Shown: in pieces, positions 9,068 through 19,561 of the stretch | Layout of the letters: the number at the start of each line of letters is the position of its first letter | Position numbering within the stretch: the first letter of the stretch is position 1 | DNA from: Longimicrobiales bacterium | GTDB lineage: Bacteria > Gemmatimonadota > Gemmatimonadetes > Longimicrobiales > Gaopeijiaceae | Assembly (NCBI GenBank): GCA_965226375.1 | Contig: CBDDCX010000008.1 | Span: 256,001-320,000, forward strand | Direction of reading: 5' to 3' | Length of the DNA: 64,000 nt | Translations under genes and position numbers: made by a program | The notes under the pieces: model-generated | Told to the model about the DNA's origin: nothing | Seen by the model: only the letters and a program-made list of their open reading frames with translations | Database searches by the model: none

Positions 9068-11359
9068 ATGGCCTATCGACCGCTGCGCGTAGGTATCATC
9101 AGCTTCTTCGCGCTCCTCATGCTTGAGGCGCAGGCGCCGGCGGCCGGCCAGAGCGTCACATACGACCTATACGACCGGGGCGTCCGCCTGGCCGAGTTCT
9201 CGATTCCGGGACTTGCGATGACGTCGGCTTCCTTCACCGTCCGCCGAAGAAGCCTGCGTCGGAATACTTGGGGGGATACGGTGGCGGTGCCGCGTGACGG
9301 TCGATTGGACCATCGGGAACTCAGGGTTGGAATCCTCGGCAACCTCGCCCTCTTGTCGACCATTCCGGCGATCGACTGGAACGTGCTTCAGGTGGTGGCT
9401 TGGCCGGATGCCGCAAGCGTCTATGAAAGGCACAGGGAGCTCACGCGCGTAGTGGACGGGAACGAAGTGGCCGCTACCCATTGGGCCATCCCGACTCGGT
9501 CACGGCCGGTCGATCTGATCATCGGCAATGACAACCAGTTCATTGCCGCGATCTTCCCTCCACGAGATCTCGTGCTCGTCCGCCGAGGCTATGAGCGCTT
9601 CACGTCGGTACACGATTGGCATCATGCTATCATCTCACCCGCAGTCCACGGATTCCGCCAGGTCCCGGATGTGACGATGCGGGCACGGGACGGGGCCAAG
9701 CTCGCCACGTTGGTCTACCTGCCCGATGGACCGGAGGCGACCGGGCCCTTCCCGACCATCTTCGTTCGCACGCCCTATGGCATCACCAACCTGTTTCGGA
9801 ACTATTCCACGTACCCTGCACGTGGATACGCGCTTGTCCTGCAGTCGACGCGCGGGCGTGTGTACTGGGAAACGGAGAATCGGTCCGACGGCGATTGGAC
9901 GCCGATGGTGGACGAGGCGGGTGACGGAGCCGATGCCCTGGAGTGGATTACGGAGCAGCCGTGGTCGGACGGCCAGGTGTGCATGGAGGGGGGCTCGTAC
10001 GTCGCCTACACCCAGTGGACCGCGACCATGGCCGGCAATCCGGCGCTCAAGTGCCTGATTCCCTCGAGCTCGATGGGTACCGCCTTCAGCGACCAGCCGT
10101 ATCGCGGCGGCGGTTTTGTGGAGGGTCTGGCCTACTACACCTTCTGGATGTTGGACAAGCCGATTCTGCCCGAGCGTAACTGGAGCGACATCCTGCACCA
10201 TCGGCCCCTGATCGACATCGATCGTTACGCAACGGGGGAAGACATCCCGGCCTGGAACACGTTCTTCGAGCATTGGGCCAACGACGATTACTGGGCACGT
10301 CAGGACTGGTACCGGGCTCCGGGTCCCAGGAACTTCGCCACGCTGCAGATCAGCGGCTGGTTCGACGATGATGTTACCGGAACACACTCCAATTGGGGTC
10401 TCATGGCTCGGACCAGCTCAGATCCGCAACGGCTGATCCTCGGTCCCTGGAGGCACGGCTTCAACTCGGACCGCAGTCTGAATGGCTTCGATTTTGGGGT
10501 GGACGCGATTCGAGACGACATCTGGCTGTTGAAGCAGCGCTGGTACGACCGATTCATGCGTGGTGCGGATAACGGGGTCGATGACGTGACAGTCGAGTAC
10601 TTCGTACTGGGCGAGAACGAATGGCGAACGGCAGACGCGTGGCCTCCCTCTGAGGCTCTGCCTCGATCTTTCTATTTTCACAGCGACGGCAACGCGAGCC
10701 GTCTGACCAATCGCGGCTCCCTGACCGAGTTCGCACCCTCCGGAGCCGAGCCATCGGACGAATATCGGTATGACCCGTCCAACGCTCCGGCCAACTGGAG
10801 AAGCTTCGACTTGATGGAGAGCTGGTCGGACGTGCAGCGCTGCCCGTACGACTTCAAGGACATCGAGGCTCGCCCGGACGTCGTGACCTTCACGTCAGCG
10901 CAGCTTACCGAGGACCTGACCCTCGCCGGCTTCATCGAGGTCGAGCTGTACGCATCGACCGACGTGTTGGACACGGACTGGTGGGTCCACCTGTCCGATG
11001 TGCATCCTGACGACGCTTCGGTACGTCTGTCCACCGGCATGCTACGAGCGCGGTTCCGCGATCTGGAGGATCCGATCCATCAGATCGAAGGATCGAACTT
11101 CGAGACCGAGAGGCTGCTTAGCGGAGACCTGTCAGACGTCGTGAGGTATCACTTCACCATCCCCGCCGCCGCGAACACGTTCAAAGTCGGTCATCGCGTT
11201 CGAGTGTCCATCATGAACGCGCTGGACAACTACAGCTTTCCGAACTCAAATACGGGCGGTGACGAAGGAACCGTGACCGAGACGGTGATCGGCACCATGC
11301 GGATTCATCACAGCGTCGACCATCCGAGCCGCGTGACCCTCCACGTCCTGCCCAATTGA
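9068..11359 (+). CDS. CocE/NonD family hydrolase, exported
   Basis: RTPYG, WSDGQV, GGSY, GWFDD, LILGPWRHG and a PepX_C-like C-terminal domain; signal peptide. Confidence 0.9.
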   Translation: MAYRPLRVGIISFFALLMLEAQAPAAGQSVTYDLYDRGVRLAEFSIPGLAMTSASFTVRRRSLRRNTWGDTVAVPRDGRLDHRELRVGILGNLALLSTIPAIDWNVLQVVAWPDAASVYERHRELTRVVDGNEVAATHWAIPTRSRPVDLIIGNDNQFIAAIFPPRDLVLVRRGYERFTSVHDWHHAIISPAVHGFRQVPDVTMRARDGAKLATLVYLPDGPEATGPFPTIFVRTPYGITNLFRNYSTYPARGYALVLQSTRGRVYWETENRSDGDWTPMVDEAGDGADALEWITEQPWSDGQVCMEGGSYVAYTQWTATMAGNPALKCLIPSSSMGTAFSDQPYRGGGFVEGLAYYTFWMLDKPILPERNWSDILHHRPLIDIDRYATGEDIPAWNTFFEHWANDDYWARQDWYRAPGPRNFATLQISGWFDDDVTGTHSNWGLMARTSSDPQRLILGPWRHGFNSDRSLNGFDFGVDAIRDDIWLLKQRWYDRFMRGADNGVDDVTVEYFVLGENEWRTADAWPPSEALPRSFYFHSDGNASRLTNRGSLTEFAPSGAEPSDEYRYDPSNAPANWRSFDLMESWSDVQRCPYDFKDIEARPDVVTFTSAQLTEDLTLAGFIEVELYASTDVLDTDWWVHLSDVHPDDASVRLSTGMLRARFRDLEDPIHQIEGSNFETERLLSGDLSDVVRYHFTIPAAANTFKVGHRVRVSIMNALDNYSFPNSNTGGDEGTVTETVIGTMRIHHSVDHPSRVTLHVLPN

Positions 11360-11409
11360 AGAGACCCTAAGAGGGCCGAGCTAGCCGAGAAACCACGTGG
11401 GACGGGCGC

Positions 11410-12786
11410 TCAGGCCGCGAACCAGTCCCTGCGTCTCCCGATCGCGTACACGCCACCGCCCAGTGCCAGAGTCGCGAGCGCGGCCCCGGTGGGCACAGGA
11501 GCGCCCAATAGGCCGTTGACCCACGCGGCGATCGTCACCCCAAGGAAGATCAACGCCGGAAGGGGATGCAGGGGCGTGCGAAAGATTTCTCCTCCTCCGT
11601 TCCCTGTTCGAGCGGCAGCTCCCTCTCGGCGGCGGAACACGAACAGCGTCACCACCGTGAGCCCGTTGAACAGCAGCAGGGAAGACCCGATGTAGATCAG
11701 TAGGGTCTCGAAGGCGCCAGTCAGGGCAAGGGCGGCCGCCAGCACGCCCTGGGCCACGATGGCCGCCGCCGGCACATGTCCCTGATCGGAGATACGACCC
11801 AGGAAGCGGGGCGCCACGCCGTCTCGGGCCATGGCGAAGTAGATACGGGGCCCCACCGCGGCCATGGCGCTCACGGATCCGAACATCGCCAGCGCGATGA
11901 TGCTCGTAACGGCTAGAGAGCCTTCAAGGCCGAACAGGCTTTCAGCGGCCAACTGTCCCACGGTGATGGCCGGCTCCCATTCGGCTTGGGGTAGGGCGTA
12001 GAAGAAGAGCGTATTGATGAGGAGATAGATGACCGTGACGAATAACGTCCCGCCCAGAATCGCCCTCGGCAGGTTTCTCCCGGGATTGCGGACCTCACCG
12101 GCGATATATGCGGCGGCGTTCCAGCCAGCGTACGCGTACGTGACCTGGAGAAGGGCCACCCACCAATTGCTCCCTGGCTCCGTGCGGGCCACCAGGCCGG
12201 ACCAGGAACCGTTTCCGGTCGAGAATCCTGCCACAACCATGACTCCGATCGAACCTACGACCAGAGTGGCCAGGGTCGTCTGGAGCCCACCGCTCCACCG
12301 CACCCCCACCGAGTGGACCACTGTGAGCAAGAGCACCAACAGCGACGCCCCAGCCGCTCCCTGGCTGATCGCGAGGCCCTCGAGGAGCGGAGCATCGGGG
12401 TTCCACCCGCCGAACAGGGGTGCCAAGTAGGCCATCACGCCCAGCGCCGAAGCCGCCATCGCGGCCGAGAACCCCACGATGAACGAGGTCCAGCCGCTCA
12501 GAAAGCCCCAAAACTGGCCGAGTCCCCGAGTCAGGTAGCGGTACTCGCCCCCCGCGGCAGGCATGTGGGTGGCCAACTCCGAGTAGCAGAGCGCACCGCA
12601 CAGGGCCAGGAGTCCGGCGGCGGCCCACACGCCCAACGAGGCCAGGGCGCTTCCGGTCGCCACGCGCACGAAGGCGGGAACCGTGAAGATCCCGGAGCCG
12701 ATCATGTTGGTGACGACGAACGCTCCGGCCGCAACGGCGCCCAGCGTGCGAACCAGACCCTCGGCACCGACCTCGCGTTGTGACAT
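11410..12786 (-). CDS. APC-family amino acid permease
   Basis: MIGSGIF, YSELATHMPAAGGEY, YAYAGWN, EVRNPGRNLPRA; about 12 TM helices. Confidence 0.92.
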   Translation of the reverse strand: MSQREVGAEGLVRTLGAVAAGAFVVTNMIGSGIFTVPAFVRVATGSALASLGVWAAAGLLALCGALCYSELATHMPAAGGEYRYLTRGLGQFWGFLSGWTSFIVGFSAAMAASALGVMAYLAPLFGGWNPDAPLLEGLAISQGAAGASLLVLLLTVVHSVGVRWSGGLQTTLATLVVGSIGVMVVAGFSTGNGSWSGLVARTEPGSNWWVALLQVTYAYAGWNAAAYIAGEVRNPGRNLPRAILGGTLFVTVIYLLINTLFFYALPQAEWEPAITVGQLAAESLFGLEGSLAVTSIIALAMFGSVSAMAAVGPRIYFAMARDGVAPRFLGRISDQGHVPAAAIVAQGVLAAALALTGAFETLLIYIGSSLLLFNGLTVVTLFVFRRREGAAARTGNGGGEIFRTPLHPLPALIFLGVTIAAWVNGLLGAPVPTGAALATLALGGGVYAIGRRRDWFAA

Positions 12787-12855
12787 CAAGCCGGCGCCTT
12801 TCTTTTCTGCTACCCTGCGGTCACGCCCGACCGCTGTGGTCACCGTTGGGTACTA

Positions 12856-14523
12856 CTAGGCGAGCCCCACGATCTCGCCGTCGTCTTTGATCGACATGCC
12901 CACCGCTGCGGGCCGCGCCGCCAGGCCGGGCATGGTCATGATGTTCACCGTCTTGGCAACTACGAAGCCGGCCCCAGCCGAGGGCGTCACGTCACGCACC
13001 GTAAGCTTGAAGCCGCTCGGTCTGGCCAGCAGGGCCGGGTTGTCCGAGAACGAATACTGAGTCTTTGCGACACACACGGGCACGCTCCGCATGCCGATGG
13101 ACTCCAGCCGGTCGATGGCCTTTGCGGCCTCGTCCAGGAAGTCCACACCGTCCGCTCCGTAGATCTCGGTGGCAATGACACCGATCTTCTCGCGCAGGCC
13201 CATGTCGTCGGGATAGAGAGGCCGATAGTTCGCTTCTCCGGACTCCACCACCTCGCTCACAACGTCGGCGAGCTCCAGACAGCTGGTCCCGGTCTGTCCG
13301 TGTGGATCCGCTTCGACGACGGACACGCCGCACTCTTCGCAGGCCTCTCGGAGCGCGGCTACCTCAGGGTCCGTGTCGCTGGCGAACCGGTTGATGGCGA
13401 CCACCGCCGGCACCCCGAATTTCCGGACGTTCTCGACGTGGGCCTTGAGGTTGACCGAGCCGGCCACGAGGGCCTTGACGTTCTCCGATGTCAGATCGTC
13501 CTTGGACACCCCGCCGTGCATCTTGAGGGCGCGGATCGTGGCCACGACCACTACCGCCTGCGGCTCGAGGCCACCTATGCGACACTTGATATCGAAGAAC
13601 TTCTCGGCACCGAGATCGGCGCCGAATCCCGCTTCAGTCACCACGATGTCACCCAGAGCGAGTCCGGCACGGGTGGCGATGAGCGAGTTGCAGCCGTGGG
13701 CGATATTGGCGAACGGTCCGCCGTGGATGAAGGCCGGCGTGCCACCCAGTGTCTGCACGAGGTTGGGGTTGATGGCTTCCCGGAGGAGCAGGGTCATTGC
13801 GCCGGGAGCATCCAACTCCGCCGCCCGGATGGGGTCGCCCTGACGCGTGGAGGCCACGATGATGTTGCCCAACCGGGTGGTGAGATCCTTCAGCGAGTCG
13901 GCCAGACAGAAGATCGCCATGATCTCCGAAGCGGCCGTGATGACAAAGCCGTCCTCGCGGGGGATCCCCCCCGTTCGGCCACCCAGGCCCAAGACCACAT
14001 GCCGCAGGGCCCGATCGTTCATGTCCACGGCCCGGGGCCAGGTGATCTGCCGGTGATCGATCTCCAGGCTGTTGGGCCGGAACAGGTGGTTGTCCAGCAT
14101 GGCCGACAAGAGCCCGTGGGCGGACGTGATGGCGTGAAAATCACCCGTGAAGTGCAGGTTGATGTCCGCCATCGGGATCACCTGAGAGTAGCCGCCGCCG
14201 GCCGCCCCGCCTTTGAGTCCGAAGACCGGTCCCAGACTCGGCTCCCGCAGGCACAACACTGGGTTCCGCTCACGCAGGGTAAGGGCGTCCGCGAGGCCGA
14301 CCGCCACTGTGGACTTGCCCTCGCCGGCCGGTGTGGGGCTGATGCCCGTCACCAGAACGAGCTTTCCGTTCCGGCTCTCACGGCCGTTGATGACGTCCAA
14401 GGGCACCTTGGCCTTGTAGTGCCCATAGGGCTCGATGTCCGTGGCGGCGAGCCCCACTTTGGCCGCAATCTCGATGATGGGCCTCAGCTCGGCAGATTGT
14501 GCAATCTCGATATCGGTCAGCAT
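12856..14523 (-). CDS. fhs: formate--tetrahydrofolate ligase
   Basis: [49 protein letters not shown]. Confidence 0.98.
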   Translation of the reverse strand: MLTDIEIAQSAELRPIIEIAAKVGLAATDIEPYGHYKAKVPLDVINGRESRNGKLVLVTGISPTPAGEGKSTVAVGLADALTLRERNPVLCLREPSLGPVFGLKGGAAGGGYSQVIPMADINLHFTGDFHAITSAHGLLSAMLDNHLFRPNSLEIDHRQITWPRAVDMNDRALRHVVLGLGGRTGGIPREDGFVITAASEIMAIFCLADSLKDLTTRLGNIIVASTRQGDPIRAAELDAPGAMTLLLREAINPNLVQTLGGTPAFIHGGPFANIAHGCNSLIATRAGLALGDIVVTEAGFGADLGAEKFFDIKCRIGGLEPQAVVVVATIRALKMHGGVSKDDLTSENVKALVAGSVNLKAHVENVRKFGVPAVVAINRFASDTDPEVAALREACEECGVSVVEADPHGQTGTSCLELADVVSEVVESGEANYRPLYPDDMGLREKIGVIATEIYGADGVDFLDEAAKAIDRLESIGMRSVPVCVAKTQYSFSDNPALLARPSGFKLTVRDVTPSAGAGFVVAKTVNIMTMPGLAARPAAVGMSIKDDGEIVGLA

Positions 14524-14804
14524 GGTCGTTCCGTGTTGTCCAATGATTCACGTCGCGCCGCGAGCTGCGAAGCGTGTCCCCAGCCTCGACGTCTAGAGCG
14601 CACCCGCCCGGGTGCGCGGCGGTTCAGGCTGGGGTTTCAACCCTGATTTTGCAAGAGGACAGGTACATGATGGGCGCCGCCGGGTCGCCGGGTGCCATGA
14701 TCGTGCTCGCTGTACTGACGAGAACCCTGGTATCTTGGTCGTGCTTGCCACCCGCGCTCTGCAGGCCAAAGTTTGCACAGCGTGCCCTCCAGTGAGACGT
14801 CGCA

Positions 14805-17074
14805 ATGAGCCCCATACGCAAACTCGTCACCGAAGCGCACCGTCGAGGCCTGCTACGCGTTTTGGGGATCTTCCTAGGCGGGGGATGGGGTGTGCTCCAG
14901 GTCCTCGATCTCTTCATCGAGCGTGGTTTCGCGCCCGAGTGGGTCTTCGGAGGGGCGCTCGTCGTTTTGATCCTTGGGCTACCGGTCGTCCTCACGACCG
15001 CGTTCGCCCAAGGGGGCCGCAAAGCGATCGAGGCGATAGAGGGTGAGAGGGAGGAAGCGTCGGACGAGAAGGACGGACTCGAGTTCGCGGACCTCTTCAC
15101 ATGGAATCGGGCGGTCCTTGGAGGTGTGCTCTCCTTCGCCCTACTCGGCCTTGCCGCGACCGGTTACATGGTCATGCGCGTCACCGGGATCGGGGCACCC
15201 GCCACGCTGGCCGCTCAGGGCGTTTTCGAGGTCGGAAGTCCTGCCGTGCTCGCCGACTTCGAGAGCTCGGCGGGTGAAGTGGCCCCCGGTGACCTCGTGA
15301 CCGAGGCGCTTCGTATCGATCTGGAGCAGTCGGCGGCCCTGACGCTCGTCGAGTCGGGTGTGATCTCCTCGACACTTACACTGATGCGCCTCGAGCCGAG
15401 CGAGCCCCTGACGGAGGACATCGCCCGCGAGGTCGCGGTCCGTACGGGAGCATCGGCGGTCATCAGCGGAGAAATCGGCCGGCTAGGATCTGCCTTCGTG
15501 CTCACTGCCCGAATCGTGGAAGCGGATTCCGGAGACGGGTTGGCGTCCTTTCGCGTCACGGCAGACGGCGAAGAAGATCTGATCGGAGCGATCGACGACC
15601 TCTCGGCGAAGGTGCGGAGCAAGATTGGTGAGTCCCTGCGTTCGGTGGCCAAGTCCGAGCCTTTGTCGCGGGTCACGACCACTTCACTCGAGGCCCTTCG
15701 AAAACATACGGCCGCAGTCCACGGAGCCGAACGCGGTGCGATGTTACCCTCGACCGCCCAGCAACTGCTGTTGGACGCCGTCCGTCTCGACTCGACGTTC
15801 GCGGCCGCATACCGCTCGCTCTCCGTGGTGATTCGCAACTACGGAGGTGACCGAGAACTGGCTCAGACCGCTGCCGAAGCCGCCTACCGACATCGGGAGC
15901 GTCTGCCCGAGAGGGAACGGCTCATCATCGAGGCCAGCTATCACACGCACGTCTCTGGAGAGGAATACAGGGCCATCCAGGCCTACCACGCGCTTCTGGC
16001 TCTCGATTCAACGGACGTCACCGCATCCGGAAACCTCTCGGACGCGCTCATGTACGCCGGGCAGTACGAGGAGGCGGTCGGGGTCCTCCGCCGGACGCCG
16101 AGCTGGGAAAGTCAGCCCTACACCTGGAATCTCACGACATCGCTGGTGGCGCTGAACCGTCTGGACGAGGCCCTGGCCGTGCGCGACACGGCGGAGACCG
16201 CCCAACCGAACAACCCCTACGCCGCGGTAACCCGCACGCTGGTTCTCGCAATGTCGGGAGAAGTGGAAGCGGCTCGGGCCGCAATGGACAGTTTGTCAGG
16301 CGAACTGGACGAGCGCGATTCGTGGAAAGCGTACCTCGATGCGATCATCCACGTTCTCTCGGGCCAGTTGGCCGACTGGGATCGGTACACCCTGGTCACG
16401 ACGACCTCTGGATTCAGAACCCCTCGGATCGTCTACACCTCGGGCTTTCCAGACCATGGGTAACCGCGTGGATACGTGGAGATCAGGCACGAGCCAAGCG
16501 TGAGCTCGAAGCTCTTATCGAGCGGATGGACCTCCCCTCGCTGTCTCCATTCAATCGCAACTACCCGGAAATCGCTCTGACTTACGCGATGTTGTCGGAC
16601 GAGATCGGGGCGAGAGAGATGCTCGACCTCCACCAGGCGGAGGCCGCATCGATCGCGGATCCCATATCCAGGAGTCGCGTTCAGATCACCGAGGCCCTGC
16701 TACGGGTCCAAACACGCGGAGCCGACGCGCTTTCCGACCTCGAGGCAGCGGTCCGATCGGAGCGCTGCGCGCGCTGCCGCGACTTCTATCTCGGACACGG
16801 ATACGAACTCACAGGTCGGACCGAGCAAGCCATCGAGGCTTACGAGCGCTACCTGGCCTTCCCGTTCTACGACGGAGACACCTACGTGACGCACGTGTTC
16901 GCCTCCGCCGTTCACGAGCGGCTGGGCCGCCTGCACGATGAGGCCGGGAATGGCGAGCAGGCCCGTGGGCATTATCTACGGTTCGCCGAATTGTGGGCCA
17001 ACGCGGACCCTGACCTCCAGTCGCGCGTGCGTCATGCGACGGAGCGGGCGGCAGTCCTTCAGCCGCCGGGCTGA
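14805..17074 (+). pseudogene. membrane-anchored TPR protein, frameshifted near 16370-16440
   Basis: N-terminal TM helices, a TolB-N-like domain and TPR-like helices; ORF 16322-17074 continues the TPR repeats (EQAIEAYERY, RFAELWANADPDLQ) in another frame. Confidence 0.7.
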
Positions 17075-17081
17075 GTGCGGT

Positions 17082-17119
17082 GGGGCTTTCGGTGTCGGCT
17101 GCGAAGAGGCGGAAGCCCC
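17082..17119. terminator. hairpin between convergent genes
   Basis: GGGGCTTTCG...CGGAAGCCCC inverted repeat just after the TPR stop. Confidence 0.4.
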
Positions 17120-17149
17120 TGTATTCCAAGGACTCTGGGCCAGGTGGAT

Positions 17150-17193
17150 AAATAGTTGCCTCAGTCAACTATTTGCTTGTGTTTGGCAACTAT
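17150..17193. promoter_or_regulatory. AT-rich palindromic operator-like site
   Basis: AAATAGTTG-N7-CAACTATTT plus a third half-site GGCAACTAT. Confidence 0.5.
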
Positions 17194-17229
17194 CGACTTG
17201 AGGCGAGCTATTGGTCAGGAGGAACTCGA

Positions 17230-19359
17230 CTAGTGGCGACCCAGCCGGAGCGCGTTCGCCGTCACGACCAGCGACACCCCCAGGTCTCCCACCACCACGG
17301 CCAATACGAGGGAGACCCACCCCATCGGCACGCCCACGGCGAGGACCCCTTTGACCAACAGGGCGGCGCCCACGTTTTGCCGAATCACCCGATTGGCTCG
17401 CTGTGAAAGATCGATCAGGTAGGGAAGCGTCTCCAGATCGTCTCCCATGAGAGCGATATCCGCAGCTTCCAGCGCGGTGTCGCTTCCCGCCGCCCCCATG
17501 GCGATCCCGACGGTCGCCGCGGCCAGAGCGGGCGCATCGTTGATCCCGTCACCGACCATCGCAACCGATCCCAACTCTTTCTCGAGGGCACGGACTACAT
17601 CGACCTTGTCCTCGGGCAACAAGCCCGCATAGACACGGTCCACACCGAGCTTCTGGCCCACCACATCGGCCGTCTCCTGGTTGTCTCCGGTGAGCATGAC
17701 CACGTGCTTTATCCCCACGTCCCGGAGGTGTGAGACGGCGGAGGTGGATTCGTCTCGAGCCCCGTCACCGAGCGAGATCCACCCGAGGAAGCGATCGGTC
17801 CGGCCCACGCCCACGACCGTCCGCCCCCGCGCTCTGAGCTCGCCCACTGCCGTACTCGAGCCGACCTGGCCGAACAGCTCCGGCCGACCCACCCAGTACT
17901 CCTCATCGTCGAGGAGCGCCCGGGCGCCCTTGCCCGGAATCGTCTGGAACTCGGTAACGCTCCATCCATTCTCGTTGAGGCCGCGTTCGTGTACGGCGCG
18001 CCGGATCGACGAACCGATGGGGTGCTCAGACCCCGCCTCCACGGCGAAGGCCCGCTCGAGCAACTCCGACTCTTCCACGCCGGACGCCGGTTGGAGATCG
18101 ATCACCTCGGGATGCCCGTGTGTGAGGGTCCCGGTCTTGTCGAAGGCCACGACCTGAACCCGACCAGCGGCCTCGAGGTAGGTGCCACCTTTTATGAGGA
18201 CCCCGCTCCGCGCCGCGGCCGTGACGCCGCTCACGACCGCGACGGGAGTGGAGATCACCAGGGCGCAGGGACAAGCGATGACGAGTAACGTGAGGCCTCG
18301 GATGAACCACACGACGAATGGGGCGCCGACGATCAAGGGAGGCCCGAACGCCACCAAGATCGCCCCCACGGTCACCACGGGCGTGTAGTAACGGGCAAAC
18401 GTGTCCACGAAGCGTTCGCTCTTCGTCTTGCCGGCTTCCGCTTGCTCGACCAACTGAATGATTCGCGCCAGTGTGCTCTGGCCCGCTTCGCGGTCCACAC
18501 GAATGCGAAGGACTCCGTCCTGATTGATCGAGCCCGCGAAGACCTCGTCCCCCGCCGAACGCTCCACGGGCATGGACTCACCCGTGATGGCGGATTGGTC
18601 GACCGCGGCTACGCCGTCTTCCACTCGCCCGTCTGTGGGAATGCGCTCGCCGGGACGCACGATCACCAGGTCTCCAACGACCAATGTATCAGCGGGGACC
18701 ACGATCTCTTCGTCGCCTCGAAGCACTCGGGCACTGGCCGGAGCCAGATCGATCAAGGCCTCGACTGAGGCTCGAGCTCGATCGACCGAGAACCGCTCCA
18801 GCAACTCCGCGATGGAGAACAGAAAGGCGATGGCGCCGGCCTCCAGGTACTCTCCTACGCCCACCGCACCGAGAATGGCAATGGTCATGAGGAAGCTCAT
18901 GTCCAGGGACAACGCGCGCGCCGAACGCCATCCTTTGCCGAAGAAGTTCAGGCCCCCGACAAAGGCGGCCAGCACGAAGAAGAGATCGTCCAAACGGACA
19001 GCGTGGAGCGGTAGCTCGAACAGTGTAGGCGTGTTCCCCGAAAAGCGGACCAACAGACCGGTGGCAAACAGGAACACGGCCACGTATGTGATCTGCGCCC
19101 GTGTGCTTCCCCAGGTGGGAGCGGCGCGCTCGCCGTCGAGGTCGAGCGGATGGGCCGCGTAACCGAGGCGCCCCACCTCCGCCTGGATACGGAGGGTGTC
19201 GACCAGGCTTCCATCGAAACTGATGCTCAGGGTCCGTGCGACCGGGCTTCCGTCGACTTCGAATATGCCATCGATCTTCTCGAGCCGGGCCTGGATCTTC
19301 CTGAGGCAGCTCGAACAGTCCATGTCGGCTACCCTCAGTTCTACGTCACTTGGAATCAT
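17230..19359 (-). CDS. heavy-metal-translocating P1B-type ATPase (ZntA/CadA-like)
   Basis: HMA motif MDCSSC, TGES, CPC, DKTGT, SEHP, GDGINDAP. Confidence 0.95.
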   Translation of the reverse strand: MIPSDVELRVADMDCSSCLRKIQARLEKIDGIFEVDGSPVARTLSISFDGSLVDTLRIQAEVGRLGYAAHPLDLDGERAAPTWGSTRAQITYVAVFLFATGLLVRFSGNTPTLFELPLHAVRLDDLFFVLAAFVGGLNFFGKGWRSARALSLDMSFLMTIAILGAVGVGEYLEAGAIAFLFSIAELLERFSVDRARASVEALIDLAPASARVLRGDEEIVVPADTLVVGDLVIVRPGERIPTDGRVEDGVAAVDQSAITGESMPVERSAGDEVFAGSINQDGVLRIRVDREAGQSTLARIIQLVEQAEAGKTKSERFVDTFARYYTPVVTVGAILVAFGPPLIVGAPFVVWFIRGLTLLVIACPCALVISTPVAVVSGVTAAARSGVLIKGGTYLEAAGRVQVVAFDKTGTLTHGHPEVIDLQPASGVEESELLERAFAVEAGSEHPIGSSIRRAVHERGLNENGWSVTEFQTIPGKGARALLDDEEYWVGRPELFGQVGSSTAVGELRARGRTVVGVGRTDRFLGWISLGDGARDESTSAVSHLRDVGIKHVVMLTGDNQETADVVGQKLGVDRVYAGLLPEDKVDVVRALEKELGSVAMVGDGINDAPALAAATVGIAMGAAGSDTALEAADIALMGDDLETLPYLIDLSQRANRVIRQNVGAALLVKGVLAVGVPMGWVSLVLAVVVGDLGVSLVVTANALRLGRH

Positions 19360-19486
19360 GATCGACGTGCGTCAGCCGCTGGGTGGGGACCTGCTCGTCG
19401 TGGATCCTTGTAGGCCATGCCGCCGTCCCTTCGATGGCCGATGAATTCGTGTCGACGAGAGTAACTACGTCGCGAGCACTGGACAA

Positions 19487-19510
19487 TAAATTTAGGCCGA
19501 CCTAAATTTA
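19487..19510. promoter_or_regulatory. DtxR/MntR-family operator
   Basis: Perfect inverted repeat TAAATTTAGG-CCGA-CCTAAATTTA about 50 nt upstream of a DtxR-family gene. Confidence 0.8.
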
Positions 19511-19561
19511 GAGCGACTCGAACTCTGACGGAAGTAGACCGGCCCCGGAGGGCGTGGAGGA

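Noticed and set aside
14524..14804. ZTP or THF riboswitch upstream of fhs
   Set aside because: I could not match the consensus motifs by eye; only the hairpin is reported
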